The notes under the pieces were generated by a model, which was given only the letters and a program-made list of their open reading frames with translations, did no database searches and was not told the DNA's origin. Positions 62,040-64,000 of a stretch of DNA of 64,000 nucleotides are shown here, one piece after another (the first letter of the stretch is position 1; each line of letters begins with the position of its first letter). This DNA is from an uncultured Aeromonadaceae bacterium. Its GTDB lineage: Bacteria; Pseudomonadota; Gammaproteobacteria; Enterobacterales; Aeromonadaceae. The translations under genes were made by a program, and so were the position numbers. The stretch covers positions 50,458-114,457 of the forward strand of contig CAMFKP010000002.1 in the NCBI GenBank assembly GCA_945957385.1. Direction: 5' to 3'.

Positions 62040-62153
62040 GGCGTGGCGCCAAACGGCAGAGGAGTACATCTGCCGTGTCGTTTTCGCGATGTCGTGCCGC
62101 GGTTGCATGCAGGCAGTGGCATCGCCCAAACCATTGAACAGGAAATAAAACTG

Positions 62154-63467
62154 ATGACAGCTCAAGCTCTGCGTGAACAGATCTCCCAACTGGTAGCCCA
62201 GTATGCCGACCAGGCACTGGCACCGAAGCCGTTTGTTGCCGGCAATAGCGTCGTGCCGCCCTCCGGCAAGGTGATTGGCGCGCGTGAACTGCAACTGATG
62301 GTTGAAGCCTCACTGGATGGCTGGTTGACCACCGGCCGTTTCAATGACGCCTTCGAGAAGAAGCTGGGCGAATACATCGGTGTGCCCTATGTGCTGACCA
62401 CCACCTCCGGCTCCTCGGCCAACCTGTTGGCACTGACGGCGTTGACTTCGCACAAGCTCGGCGCCAAGGCGCTGAAGCCGGGTGATGAAGTGATCACGGT
62501 CGCCGCCGGGTTCCCGACCACCGTCAACCCGACCATGCAGAATGGTCTGGTACCGGTATTCGTCGATGTGGATATCCCGACTTACAACATCGACGCTGCG
62601 CTGATCGAAGCCGCTGTCACCGACAAGACCAAGGCGATCATGGTCGCCCACACCCTGGGTAATCCGTTCAATCTGGCCGAAGTTCGTCGCATCGCCGATA
62701 AATATGACCTCTGGCTGATCGAAGATTGCTGTGACGCCCTGGGCACCAAGTACGATGGCAAGATGGTCGGCACCTTCGGCGATATCGGCACCGTCAGTTT
62801 CTATCCGGCGCACCACATCACCATGGGTGAAGGCGGCGCGGTGTTCACCAAGTCCAGCGAACTGAAGAAGATCATCGAGTCGTTCCGCGACTGGGGCCGT
62901 GACTGCTACTGTGCGCCGGGCTGCGATAACACCTGCGGTCACCGCTTTACCCAGCAATTTGGCTCGCTGCCAGAAGGCTACGACCACAAGTACACCTACT
63001 CGCACCTGGGCTACAACCTGAAGATCACCGACATGCAGGCCGCGTGCGGTCTGGCGCAGCTGGAACGGGTCGCAGAGTTTGTGGAACAGCGCAAGGCCAA
63101 CTTCGCCTACCTCAAGGCCGGCCTGGCGAACTGCGTCGACTTCCTCGAGTTGCCGGAAGCTACCCCGAACTCGGAGCCGTCCTGGTTCGGTTTCCCGATC
63201 ACCCTCAAGGAAACCGCCGGTGTCAGCCGTGTCGAACTGGTCAAGTTCCTGGACGAGGCCAAGATTGGCACCCGTCTGCTGTTCGCCGGTAACCTGACCC
63301 GCCAGCCCTATTTTGAAGGCCGCAACTACCGCGTAGTCGGTGAGCTGACCAATACCGACCGCATCATGAATCAGACCTTCTGGATCGGTATCTACCCGGG
63401 CCTCGGCCACGACCACCTGGATTATGTCATCGCCAAGTTCGAAGAGTTCTTCGGCGTCAGCTTCTAA
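62154..63467 (+). CDS. rfbH: CDP-4-keto-6-deoxy-D-glucose 3-dehydrase (E1; RfbH/DdhC)
   Basis: [39 protein letters not shown] (His in place of the PLP Lys), [14 protein letters not shown] Fe-S motif; 437 aa. Confidence 0.96.
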   Translation: MTAQALREQISQLVAQYADQALAPKPFVAGNSVVPPSGKVIGARELQLMVEASLDGWLTTGRFNDAFEKKLGEYIGVPYVLTTTSGSSANLLALTALTSHKLGAKALKPGDEVITVAAGFPTTVNPTMQNGLVPVFVDVDIPTYNIDAALIEAAVTDKTKAIMVAHTLGNPFNLAEVRRIADKYDLWLIEDCCDALGTKYDGKMVGTFGDIGTVSFYPAHHITMGEGGAVFTKSSELKKIIESFRDWGRDCYCAPGCDNTCGHRFTQQFGSLPEGYDHKYTYSHLGYNLKITDMQAACGLAQLERVAEFVEQRKANFAYLKAGLANCVDFLELPEATPNSEPSWFGFPITLKETAGVSRVELVKFLDEAKIGTRLLFAGNLTRQPYFEGRNYRVVGELTNTDRIMNQTFWIGIYPGLGHDHLDYVIAKFEEFFGVSF

Positions 63468-63484
63468 TACCAAGATAGGAACAC

Positions 63485-63506
63485 AGGCGGCTAGAAATAG
63501 CTGCCT
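63485..63506 (+). other. Stem-loop at the boundary of the low-GC module
   Basis: AGGCGGCTA-gaaa-TAGCTGCCT (one G-U pair, GNRA loop). Confidence 0.5.
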
Positions 63507-63514
63507 AATTAATA

Positions 63515-64000
63515 ATGAATACTGTACTTGAGCAAGATTTGCAGAGATTAATCTCTGACAACAAACTAATATTTGAAGCTTTTAAAGAGAAAAAAATTTT
63601 TATCACTGGCGGGACAGGCTTTATCGGTAAATGGTTATTGCATAGCTTTTGCTACGCAAATGATAATTTAGGGCTGGGTTGCAACTTGGTTGTGGTGAGT
63701 CGAGATCCAGGTAAATTTATCCGTGACAATATCTATTTTTCTACAAGAAGCGATATTACATTTATTGCATCGGATGTTGTAGCATTAAGTGTCGATGACT
63801 TGCCACATTGTGATTACTACATTCATGCGGCAACAGATGTGGCTGATCCATTAGGATCAATTGATTATGCTGCCATCATGGATGTGAATACAAAAGGCAC
63901 TACGATTGTGCTGGAAGCAGCGAGAATGGCTAAAGCTTCATCCGTATTGCTTTTAAGCAGTGGGGCTGTATATGGTGTGCAACCGCAGAATATTGCTTGC
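63515..64000 (+). CDS. NAD-dependent epimerase/dehydratase/reductase (extended SDR), 3'-truncated
   Basis: Not in the ORF track because it has no stop in the window; translates MNTVLEQDL...KKIFITGGTGFIGKW...YIHAA...LLSSGAVYG; AT-rich. Confidence 0.9.
   Translation, partial: MNTVLEQDLQRLISDNKLIFEAFKEKKIFITGGTGFIGKWLLHSFCYANDNLGLGCNLVVVSRDPGKFIRDNIYFSTRSDITFIASDVVALSVDDLPHCDYYIHAATDVADPLGSIDYAAIMDVNTKGTTIVLEAARMAKASSVLLLSSGAVYGVQPQNIAC

Overview
Chromosomal window from a gammaproteobacterium; the protein sequences and gene order point to Aeromonadales or a close relative (inference). The left and central parts are mostly conserved housekeeping blocks: a malE-malF-malG-malK operon (malE 5'-truncated), an OxyR2-like regulator, queA-tgt-yajC-secDF, nlpI, the anaerobic ubiquinone genes ubiVU/ubiT, trmJ-iscRSUA-hscBA-fdx, two tandem pepB paralogues, a YdgJ-like oxidoreductase, ndk-rlmN-pilF-rodZ-ispG-hisS-yfgM-bamB-der-yfgJ and purL. 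These are followed by an envelope gene patch (NlpC/P60, DUF1439, cls, DUF945, SIMPL), purU and a BMP/Nup-type nucleoside ABC transporter with a PurR-like box. The right end is the start of an ops/JUMPstart-led surface polysaccharide locus: OtnA/WbfF-like exporter, wzz, gfcABCD/yjbEFGH, the CDP-3,6-dideoxyhexose genes ddhDABC and a low-GC SDR gene running off the end. No rRNA, tRNA, CRISPR array, integrase or transposase was seen. The features not explained by standard annotation are (1) a complete orphan minus-strand transcription unit (sigma70 promoter, 5' hairpin, strand-specific terminator, about 114 nt) between oxyR2 and queA that looks like an sRNA; (2) two copies of a perfect 10-7-10 palindrome at an exact 93-bp period in the convergent gap after purL; (3) a YdgJ-like oxidoreductase with a roughly 245-aa disordered tail ending in an acidic ...DLPPF motif; and (4) a 45-aa Arg/Lys-rich small protein with a strong RBS, divergent from purL. 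All family assignments come from motif recognition and memory; no database searches were run.
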